From positions 26,474,001 to 26,538,000 of the forward strand of contig CM022671.1 of the NCBI GenBank assembly GCA_012295275.1: DNA of 64,000 nucleotides, written 5' to 3'. Position 1 is the stretch's first letter. Each line of letters begins with the position of its first letter. The DNA is from Chrysomallon squamiferum (taxonomy: Eukaryota > Animalia > Mollusca). Below, in pieces: positions 25,886 through 36,124 of this stretch. The notes beneath the pieces were generated by a model, which worked only from the letters and a program-made list of their open reading frames with translations, did not search any database and had not been told where the DNA came from. Both the position numbers and the translations under genes were made by a program.

Positions 25886-27655
25886 TAAACAAATAAATAA
25901 ATAAATAAATAAAATGCACCTTTTCGTAATTGATATCGAAACACATACACAGATGATCATCACTATGGAAACTCTAGTGTCAGGTTAGGCATGGAGCGCC
26001 TGTAGTGATAGTGGTATTTGTTAAAATTACAATTAAAATGTTTCCTTTTTATTTGTCTTATTGTTGCCAGGATTTTTAGCTATCGGTGTGTTCTCAACAC
26101 TAAGACAGAGAATTCTTGTCCTCGAAAACCTTAATTTGAAAAAGAGGTTCTTTACAACAAGGACGGTTTCCTTCACTTCCTATTTAGGTAAATACATACA
26201 TTATTATAGTTCACAGAGGACAATTTTAGTTTATTACAGATCAACTCAATACATTAATCTCGTACTGGTGTAAAATAAACTCGAAAGATTTAATTTTTGA
26301 AACAATTAACTTTGATTTTGGGTTTAAAGTCTTCAGTTTGTTTTCATTTCTTATTTCATAAATAGAAACAATCTTTGTCTGAGACCAGAAAGATGGCAAG
26401 GAAATATTTTCAGAGTAAATTTTAATTTGTTTTCAGGCAAATTACGTTTTTCATTTCTACTAGTATGCAGGCTTCATACTTTACTGATTTCTAATTAATA
26501 GCTTAAAATATATGTATGTGTATATTTATGAATGCATTTGTCTCTATGTATGTGTGTGTGTATGTATGTATGTATGTATATATGTAAGTATGTGTGTGTG
26601 TATGGATGCATATTATAAAGGTTTATGATAATAAATCTAAAAAGCGTGCAGTAAGCAAATGTTGAAAAATCTCTGTGAAATCACTGTTGTACGCTTAGTT
26701 TAGTAATTTAGAGTCTAGTTTCGTTCTTACTTGGTTTTAGACATGCTGTCAAATTCACGGTATGCATAATGAATTGATACATAATTTAAATTACTTGGTA
26801 TAATATTAAACTATTTCAATTATTTATTGTGACAAGAAATTATTTCATTTATTTATTACGGTATTAAACTATTTCACTTAAACGTTGTTATATAACATTA
26901 TTTCAATCATGCATCTTTTATTTGACCGTGATCCATTAATAAATTATTTTTTCATTTACTGTGGCTTTAAAAATGTAGTTATTCTTACAGAGAATGAACA
27001 TAGTAACGTTTAATATCTACGAAATATTCTTCACTTTATTTACCACTAATATTTACAAAATTCAGATTTAAGATGAAATAAAGTACTATGACCAAGTAGG
27101 ATTTTATAGTTTATTCACATAAAAGATAAGTCAACAAACATGGTAATGGTTGAAATCGTGTTTAAAAAGGAGCAGTGGAAAAGAAAAATACAGAAAACAA
27201 ATCAAAGCAGAAGTTATTTTAAACAAATTGATTATTATATTAATTTTACAAACTGATTATTAATATTAACTATTGCAATTTGTTAATGACAAATGTCATA
27301 TTAAATACAAAGTATAAATGCAACAAGTACTACTACTACTTCTAATAATTATAGTAATATAAATGTTTATTCGTTCGTTTCACGACTTTTATATCGCCAG
27401 ATTTGGAATGTTCATTGAACTAATCCTTGTTCCTGAGTAGCTGTTCTCGAATTTTCGTGTTTGTTGCTTTTACTTCACTTCTGTAATATTCTAACACTTT
27501 TCTTCCGTTTATATCCAAATAGCCAGAGTATTCTCTGCCGGAGAACAGCTCACACGAACATTTGGATAGATATCATTGATTGCTTCAGCGATATCTATTC
27601 AAATATCCGTCTCACCTGCCTGAAAATACTCGGGCTAATAAAAAGTAAGCAATTC

Positions 27656-30154
27656 TCAAGTTATAAGACGAACGAAAGATTCCCATGATTCCTCATTATC
27701 TTGATCCGGAATTGGAATAATTCTGTCTTCGTCCACAACACACAGAATACAGTTTGGAATCTCACAAACTCGTCCGGCCTCTCTTAGAATGATGAGTCGG
27801 GAAGGAGTTTGCCATGTCACCACGCCGATTCCATCATGAATTTGAAACCACGACCACCTATCGTCCAAGTAATTTTCTGTAAAAAGAAAAACAATTTTCC
27901 AGCTGTTGTTTATTCCAAACATTATAGCTTCAGCGATACTTTCTCCTGGTACAGAGTTTTTGTCGTGTAAGTACACAGAGTAGCCGTAGTCTCTTTCTAA
28001 CTTTGCTCCTATATCGAGACAAGCTTGTCGCCAGTCGTCTTCAGCGTAGCAGAGACATACATCAAACATGAAATCTTTTCTCGTCGGACACATTCCACAT
28101 TTTCGATAAAGATTTTTAAAGAAATAAATTAACTGTGTTTTATGTTTAATCCCGAAAGACACCAATACGGAACCTAATACTGTAAATACAGTAATCAGAA
28201 GAGCAATCATAAACCAAATCTGCCCAACACAACTTTGCCATAAATGTTCTGCGTTGTAGTCCATCACAGAAACAAGAGATCCGTTTTCAGTGGTGCACAA
28301 ATATGATTTTCTGTTAACTGTATAATTATTATCTTGTAACCACGAAAGGAACAACACACTTTCCCCACAAATGCAGATAAATCTGTTATCTGACAAATCG
28401 AATTTAAACGTTTTGCTTACGTTAAGATAATGTTTGTCTAGTGAACTGGTCGTCGATTCTTCGAGATAACTGACTTTGTTGTGATCCATTTTTAACGAGA
28501 GCAAATTTGGACAGTTGTTAATGTCGAAAGGAATAGTAATGAAATTGTTGTTTGATAAAATCAGAATCTGAAGATTAGGATTGTCTTTAAATATATCTGG
28601 CGAAAGACGGCTGATTTTGTTACCAGAAATATCTAGAAAAACTAGATTTTTAAGATTTTGAAACAGTCGTCTGCCATAAATATAGAAATAATCATCAGGA
28701 AGCGATACGTCATTTAAGTACAGGTTTTCCAAACTTGGGAATGTGTCTAAAAATGAAGCTTTAAGGGTCATGTGATTAATGTATCCCAGTTTTAAGGTTG
28801 TTAAGTTATTTAGACCTGTGATTCTGCCTTCTAATCTCATGTATTCATACTGTTGCAGTGACAGTGTCTTTAGAACATTGTTATCTGAAACTGTTATTAT
28901 TCTGACAAAATGAAGTTCTGATGTAGCGCCATCAATAAGTACAGTACGTAATCTTTTCGGGAGAAAGTAAACTATACTATCTTGAAACCGCAGGGTATTT
29001 GTAAAGAAAGATACATTTCTTTGAAACAACATATTTTTATTTTTATTTGGATGAAAGCAGGTATACCCAGATAAATCAACATATTCCAAGTTCTCAACCT
29101 TCATTACCATGGACCATATTTGATAGCGGGTGTACATATAATCGCCAAAAAACGCGTTTTCGTGTAAATCAATTCTTTTAATACATTTACTGAAGGTATT
29201 TTTCTTTTGAAATAAACTTGTTGCATTAATATAAAGAAGGTGGTTTTCAGAAATATCTAACTCTGAGACACAGATGTTTTTTAAATACTTCAGATTTTCT
29301 GCAAAAAGTTGTTGATCATATATCACTTCGGTAACTTTAACATTTAGAAACTTTATATTTCTGAAATTTAAAGTAGACATATTGAATCCTTGCAAGTAGT
29401 AAAGTGAAAAGAGTGCAGCGTGCATACCGAGATTGTGGTCGCCTTCAAAATTAAGATTTTTTAGATGTTTTAAAGGGGCAAACGCATTTGCTTGTATTTC
29501 CGAAATATCACTACAAAATGACAAGTCTAAAACTGTTAAGTTTGTAGATGTAAACGCTGAGAACGACTCATTAGACAGGATCCTAATGTTACAGTTAGCA
29601 GATTTACCCGATAAATTTAACAGTCTAAGCCGAACCAACGATTGGAATCCAGAAGGGAAAATCACGTTTGAAAAACTGTCTATCGTCAGTTCTTGTAGAT
29701 TCTGTAAGGATTGGAATATCTCATCCGGGTACTGACCAGTTTCGCTGTTAAAAGCTATGTTCAGGGTTTGTAGGTTGGTCAAAGAGCTGAATACAGATTT
29801 TGGGAAAGATTTGTTATCATATTCCAAACTGTTAACACTCAGATCAAGAATGGTGAGGTTTTGACAAGACACGAATAGATTCTTCGGTAGACGTTTTAAT
29901 CCATTTCGAGAAAGGTTCAGATACACAAGTGATGAGTAGTTGAAATCTTCAGGGTTTAAGATTAATGTATTACCACTGAGATCCAAGGCTACTATGTTCT
30001 TGTTCAGCCTGGGAACACGTTGTAGATTTCTCCCATGACAGTCAGCAAATAAACCTCCGTATCTTGTTGAATTCCTAATGGAACAGTTGACTGTTGTATT
30101 CTCAGTTGTAGCAAATGCTACAGTAATGAGAGATAATCCGAGGATTGTTAAAAC
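27656..30154 (-). CDS. TLR: Toll-like receptor, copy 4 (main exon; most diverged paralog)
   Basis: LRR-LRRCT-TM-TIR, in frame to the acceptor at 30154 (2499 nt). Distinct central LRRs, TM helix and 3' UTR. Confidence 0.95.
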   Translation of the reverse strand, partial: VLTILGLSLITVAFATTENTTVNCSIRNSTRYGGLFADCHGRNLQRVPRLNKNIVALDLSGNTLILNPEDFNYSSLVYLNLSRNGLKRLPKNLFVSCQNLTILDLSVNSLEYDNKSFPKSVFSSLTNLQTLNIAFNSETGQYPDEIFQSLQNLQELTIDSFSNVIFPSGFQSLVRLRLLNLSGKSANCNIRILSNESFSAFTSTNLTVLDLSFCSDISEIQANAFAPLKHLKNLNFEGDHNLGMHAALFSLYYLQGFNMSTLNFRNIKFLNVKVTEVIYDQQLFAENLKYLKNICVSELDISENHLLYINATSLFQKKNTFSKCIKRIDLHENAFFGDYMYTRYQIWSMVMKVENLEYVDLSGYTCFHPNKNKNMLFQRNVSFFTNTLRFQDSIVYFLPKRLRTVLIDGATSELHFVRIITVSDNNVLKTLSLQQYEYMRLEGRITGLNNLTTLKLGYINHMTLKASFLDTFPSLENLYLNDVSLPDDYFYIYGRRLFQNLKNLVFLDISGNKISRLSPDIFKDNPNLQILILSNNNFITIPFDINNCPNLLSLKMDHNKVSYLEESTTSSLDKHYLNVSKTFKFDLSDNRFICICGESVLFLSWLQDNNYTVNRKSYLCTTENGSLVSVMDYNAEHLWQSCVGQIWFMIALLITVFTVLGSVLVSFGIKHKTQLIYFFKNLYRKCGMCPTRKDFMFDVCLCYAEDDWRQACLDIGAKLERDYGYSVYLHDKNSVPGESIAEAIMFGINNSWKIVFLFTENYLDDRWSWFQIHDGIGVVTWQTPSRLIILREAGRVCEIPNCILCVVDEDRIIPIPDQDNEESWESFVRLIT

Positions 30155-30306
30155 CTGAATAAATATATTTAAAAAGTTGATATTAGAAAATTTTCTTCAT
30201 AAAATAATTATTTGAATGATCGAGAATGTTCCATTTTTACTTTGCATTTATACGTAATTATTTATGAAATATCATGTATCAATAACAAACAGAAATAAAG
30301 ACTTGC

Positions 30307-30321
30307 ACAGATAGTCGTCAT
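30307..30321 (-). CDS. Proximal ATG leader exon (MTTIC) of TLR copy 4, with a GC donor
   Basis: ATG ACG ACT ATC TGT|GCAAGT, a GT>GC change relative to copies 2 and 3. Confidence 0.35.
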
Positions 30322-31488
30322 AACTTCGTGAAAACTGCCATATACGTTTTCAGTCATTTACAGCGTTCTAGATTTCAGTACGTTTCAATTTGCTTAGTGA
30401 GAACAGGGTACAGTGAGCCGCATATAACCATTCAAGCCCGAACTCCTTTAGAAATGATAATTATATCACAACAGAAAAAACAAATTTATACAGTTTGAGT
30501 TTTGTCGCGTCGTCCTGCGGTTCTGTTCAACAAGTAGATACTTATGATCAATGCATTTAAAACATAAAACTAAGTTTTTAGTATACAACACACTCGAAGC
30601 GTCGGTGACAGTTTATAGAAAATATTTTCTTTATGTAATATTTTGATGTGTTTGTTGAAATATTAACAGACATTCAAAATAAAGACTTTTACTGTCCGTT
30701 TCTGTCAGTTCTTGTGTGTCCGAAATAATGAAAGAGTTGTTAAAACGACAATAAATATTTAACAGTAACAAACTACTCCTGCTATTTGTTGTTTTTATGT
30801 GGTACTGTAGGATGATAAATAAATCTCTTGTCAACAACAACAACGACAAATTAGAAAAAAAGCTTAAATAAATAATCAAGCTATATATTTTGTCTGTTTG
30901 ATTTAGAAGAAAACAGTCATTTTGTTCAGACCACCTCAATTGTAAACAAAAATCCATCGCGCATAATTAAATTTTTTCACACACTTTCAACATTATTAAT
31001 GAAGGCTGTGTCTTCAACACCAAAGTTCTGCAATTGGACCTGAAGTGACATCAACAGATTAAAAGTGACGTAAAGCTTCATCCGGACTATCGGAAATCGA
31101 TATTTTAATGCGATTAGAGTTGTTGTTATATATTTTTATCAATTTTGTTCTTTGTTATTTCGCTGCTTTAAGTTTTGAAATATCGTGAAGGTAACTATCA
31201 CGACAACTACAGCTATTTTAATTTCTCGTCGATGTTTTGTTATCGAGTCCATCAATCGCGATCCATCGGTAAATCGTTTTGTTGTATCTCCTAGTTGTAA
31301 ACGTGGACACCAATGTCATCTGATGTGACTTTCAGTTAAAGTATAGAAAAATGGAAATACGGAGATAAAATTCAAATAAAATGATTTTGAAGTGAATTGA
31401 TTAAAAATATCGAGTTAACTTTGATGTTGTTATATCCAGTAGTAAGTGTTTTAAAAGAGCAGCAACAAATATAAATAAATGAACTTAC

Positions 31489-31503
31489 CGAAAGAATCAA
31501 CAT
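31489..31503 (-). CDS. Alternative ATG leader exon (MLILS) for TLR copy 4
   Basis: ATG TTG ATT CTT TCG|GTAAGT, phase 0. Confidence 0.55.
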
Positions 31504-32130
31504 TGTCCGTTAGAGGTCGCACAGTTCATCAGTGATTTGTTGGGAAAATATCGTTAAATTCGGACAGGTGTAATTTCAGTTTAAAAGCAAACAGGTGATT
31601 TGTGATTTCGCAAAAAATCTCTTTCCTTGTTACCTTCTGCTTTTCTTGTGCACCTTTACACGACTTTGTGTCTGGATTTAGTTTGTGTAGTAGTAGTTAC
31701 CGATGATTAACCATAAACCCGAATGTAATGTGAGAAGAGCAAATCTGAAAACCTATTATCAAGATTGTCTGTGCATTCAACTGAGATGACATGTCTACAG
31801 AAGACGTTTTGTATCACGCAGAGAATTTGATATATTCTAGTAATTGTTTTTAAAATTGTGTCAGAGGTCTGAACAATTCAACAGATAGAACTGATGACGT
31901 CTTCCAGTTCACTGCGTTTAATTAATAACAATTATGGCAACATAATCTGGTTTAGGATTTGGTTTAAGATATTTTGATATCGTTTTTTTTTTTTTTTTTT
32001 TTTGTGGGTTTTATTACTATATTATTTATTTTTTTTTTCTATGCAATATTTCTTTGTTTTCGCCTTTGTTGGAGACAATCTGTCATTTAGCTGTTCGGAG
32101 AGTTTCATGATATAGTTTGCTAAAAAATAA

Positions 32131-32309
32131 ACTTACCTATTTTTACTAGTACAAAAATCATCAGAGAAATTAAATGAATTTGAAACAGCACGTGACAGTG
32201 ACGGAAGACCAAGGAGACAGAGATCAGCTGGAAATTTCTGGTGACTAAATTTCACAACATCTTCACATTCATTGTGTTTTAACTTCATTTTCATACCACT
32301 CGCATGTCC
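32131..32309 (-). promoter_or_regulatory. TLR promoter / non-coding first-exon cassette (instance 5)
   Basis: Donor AG|GTAAGT, CACGTG, TGACG, GGAAATTTCT (32230-32239) and TGACTAA. Confidence 0.5.
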
Positions 32310-32918
32310 GTTAAATTAAAACAAATAATAATAATAATTAAATTAAAATAAATGAACCAAAAATTAAAGAAAAAATATCTAAAAGAAATAATCAAGCTAT
32401 TTATTTAGTTTGGTTAAGAACAAAAAAGTTGGTTTGTTCGGACCACGTCAATTTTAGGCAATAAACACATCGTGCACATTTAAATCTTTTCACAGACCGC
32501 ATCTTTAACATTGTTAATGAAGTGTGTGTCATCAACACCAATCTTCCTCACATGGTTCTGCAACTGACACTAAACTGACAACAACAGATTAAAAGTGACG
32601 TAAAGCTAAATTCGGGTATTATCGGAAATCGGTATTTTATTACTGTTATTGCTGTTATTATCTGTTTTTTATCGAGTCCATCAATTGCGATCTGTCGGTA
32701 AATCGTTCTGTTACATCTCCTTGCTGTGAACGTGCACATCAATGTTATCTGATGTCACCTCCAGGTAAAGTATTGAAAAATGGAAATACGGAGATACAAA
32801 TTCAAAGACAATTATTTTGAGGTGTATTAATTAAAAATATCAAATTAGCTCTCATGTCGTTATGAACACTAACAAGTATGTTAAAACAACAGGAACAAAT
32901 ATAAATAAATAAACTTAC

Positions 32919-32930
32919 CGAAAGAATCAT
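32919..32930 (-). CDS. Alternative ATG leader exon (MILS) for TLR copy 4
   Basis: ATG ATT CTT TCG|GTAAGT, the same subtype as 1964-1975. Confidence 0.45.
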
Positions 32931-33267
32931 AATTGTTCGTTAAAGGTCGCAAACTTCATGAGCCACTTGCTGCTGAAATATGGTTACTACAGACTGATAT
33001 CCTTCCAGTTTGTTTTCTATTTAAAACGAAAAGCAAACAAGTGAACAGTGATATCGCACGAAAAATCTCTTTTCTCAGTTACCTTTGCACGAATGAACTG
33101 TTGGTGAAATATTTTCTGAGTTACCTTCAGCTGTTGTGGTGCATTAATGCATGACTTTGTATTTGTATTTTCTTTGTATAATAAGAGCGACGTAATGTAA
33201 TGTGAGAAGAGAATAGCTGAAAACTCATTGTGAAATTTGGCTCTGCATTCAACTGACATGGCATGTC

Positions 33268-33721
33268 GATTCTAGGAAAAATGTCACAATTTTTTTTTTA
33301 ATTAAAATTTAGCAATATATTACAGATGAAAGATGAATGAAACACATGGTTTTTGTGACCGGTTTTGTGTCATCCTTATTGCTATGAATAACTTCCATAT
33401 TAAACATACTTCTGATACTAGAGCTAGTTGGAGAATATATAGTGAAACATATTTTAACCTGGGTCATTTTATAAATCATATACAATAGAAAGCCGTTAGT
33501 TTAAATCTATCCTAATCAGTAAGCTAGATCCAAGCTAGACCCAGTATGAAGATTCTTTCTTTAATGCTGCCTAATTAATAAGTGTATCAATCACCACCTC
33601 TGCACATTACGAAGCCCCTTTCGTTAATGTAGTCTAATCAATAAGCTTAACAATTACCCCATGCATATTATATTCAATACTCTACTAACCAAATACATTT
33701 TGTGACATTTTTCCAGTCACC
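33268..33721. mobile_element. 454-bp MITE with 8-bp target-site duplication (Merlin-like ends)
   Basis: TSD GGCATGTC at 33260-33267 and 33722-33729. Inverted repeat core ggaaaaatgtcacaa / ttgtgacatttttcc. The empty site caactgagatGGCATGTCtacac is visible in paralogous blocks (~9744, ~23285). Confidence 0.8.
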
Positions 33722-34047
33722 GGCATGTCTACACAAAACGTTAAGCAGACGTATTGTATCATACAGACCGTTTGTTATAGTCTAGTAATTAGTTTTGAAA
33801 TTGTGTCAGAGTTCTAAAGAGCTCTATAAATATACGCAAAAGTAAAAAACAATTATGGGAACATAATCTAACTTAGAATTTGGTTCACGATGTCTTGATA
33901 CCGCTTTGTTTTTGCTTCTTTTTTTTTGTCGGGTTTATTATTATTTTATTTTTTTCTATGTGTTTTTTCTTTGTTTTCGCCTTTGTTGGAGACAATCTGC
34001 CATTTAGCTGTTTGTAAAGTTTCATGATATAATTTGCTGCAAAATAA

Positions 34048-34225
34048 AGTTACCCATTTTTACTAGAACAAAACCCATCACAGAAGAAAAATGAATTTGA
34101 AACAACACGTGACAGTGACGGAAGACCAAGGACACAGAGATCAGCTGGAAATTTTTGATGATTAAACCTCACAAAATCTTCACATTCATTGTGTTTTAAC
34201 TTCATTTTCATACCACTCGCATCAC
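34048..34225 (-). promoter_or_regulatory. TLR promoter cassette (instance 6, degenerate)
   Basis: Homologous block, but the donor is GTAACT and the kappaB-like site is GGAAATTTTT. Confidence 0.35.
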
Positions 34226-35133
34226 TGTAGCCCGTGTTGTTGCAAAGGGCAGACAAACATGCACATGCGGACAAAGCAAGAGCAAAGATATGCCTAGCTC
34301 ATTAGCGATAATCTTACAAATTTCTTGCAAACAAGAGTTTCAAAATCTCTTTCACACATGGATTTTTAATAATTGTTAATAATTTATTATTAAAATCTCA
34401 AGCTTATATGCAAATAAAATACACTCATTCGTACGTACATCTAAATTTATTATAGTGCGGATGTTTCCATCAGACAATCTTTCGGGTATTGAATTTCGTC
34501 AAGTATAATATATTAATATTAGAATGTCTATAAACATTAATAATACATACATTATGGTAACTTTTTAAGTTTAATATTTATCTCAGAGGATAAGATTTTA
34601 ACGTAAAATCGATTGCAGAACACACAGCACAAATCAAAGTCTAAACAACCTTTCATTCAACAATGACATAATATAAAATCTGTTACAGCTGAATTCTTGT
34701 CTCTTTATTGTACCAACAGCAGGTGCTCTTGTTAATTGATTTCATTTAATTTAATTAATTAGTTAATTACTCGAGCATATACTGTGATTGCTGTCAGCTT
34801 GGGACATGATGTTTCCAGGTGTTATGATGGAACTAGTGAGTTTTGTAGTCCAATTAACAACTGATCATGTTTGTCTCATACAAATACACACAATCATTCA
34901 TCTCGCATTTAAACTGAATTTCGTGTCAGTGATTCTGAATATATTTCTCAGTCATTTTGATGACATTTTGAGATTACTCATTTTACGTCAGACGATGTGA
35001 ATAGTTTCTATTAAAAGACAATCTCGGATGAGCTTTATTAAACGACAGTTTTCGATGGGGTATATATTAAACAACAGTTTTAAACAGTCTGTATGAAACA
35101 TCAGTCTTTGATACATTAATCGGCAGTATTCGA

Positions 35134-35140
35134 TATAAAA
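35134..35140 (+). promoter_or_regulatory. TATA box of the homeobox gene
   Basis: TATAAAAG about 120 nt upstream of the ATG at 35256. Confidence 0.5.
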
Positions 35141-35255
35141 GTGCAGAATCTGATGGACTATACTGATTATTAGTAAGAAATCCTCACTTGAAAAGAAATA
35201 TTCAACACTGTTAATAATATTGTGGAAACTGCATTGCTCCCTTCTGTTCAAGAAA

Positions 35256-36063
35256 ATGCAGACAAACGTAAGTTAATACTACAATTATTTCGATTCATTA
35301 AGTTATCGCTATGTGACAAAATAATAATAATAATAATAATAATAGCAACAACAACAACAACAACATAATAATAATAATAATAACTACAACATGGATAACT
35401 GTTAGTGTCGGTTGCCACCTACGCTTTTGTATATAACAGATAAAAATTATGCATATTTGTTATTTGTAAACAGTAGGTTTGAAAATAAAATCCAGTAAGT
35501 TTCGGACAATGAAATTAAATAAAGTTTCATTTCTTAGTATCAGTTGAAATATGAATTTAGAAGTCTAAATAAAAATTCGTTATATATTTTGTTTTGGTAT
35601 CTTTACATGGTCTGTAATTCTGTTACTGTTAAGATTTCTTTATTACAGGCCTATTTTAAAAGTCACCACGTGTAATAATGTATAACATCACATGTCTTGT
35701 TTTAGGTCAAATCGGAAAATCCAGCTCACTTCAGACCTATTTCACGGAGTTCGGAGGTAGATGAAAATTGTCTTCTCTCAAAAGACAGTCAAGACAGAAC
35801 TACCCCCGTGAAAATTAAAACCCACGAACCTTCGACTCCACCCATATATCCGGTCCAACCATTCGCGCACTCAACGCCAGTGTTTCCTAAATACAGCAGA
35901 CACAGCATCAACGAACTGCTTGAAAAGCCGATTACTCCCATTGGACAGTTACGTATACCTGGTTTCCACAACGAGGCTGAACCCATACAGTTTTCTTTAG
36001 AACAAAATTCATTTGGTGGCATAGAAAAGAAAGGTAATATTTATTTACTTAATTGTGTACCCG

Positions 36064-36124
<61 letters not shown>

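Noticed and set aside
1-34500. CRISPR-like or prokaryotic TIR defence system
   Set aside because: The repeats are kb-scale segmental duplications, not repeat-spacer arrays. The genes have spliceosomal introns and animal TLR architecture.
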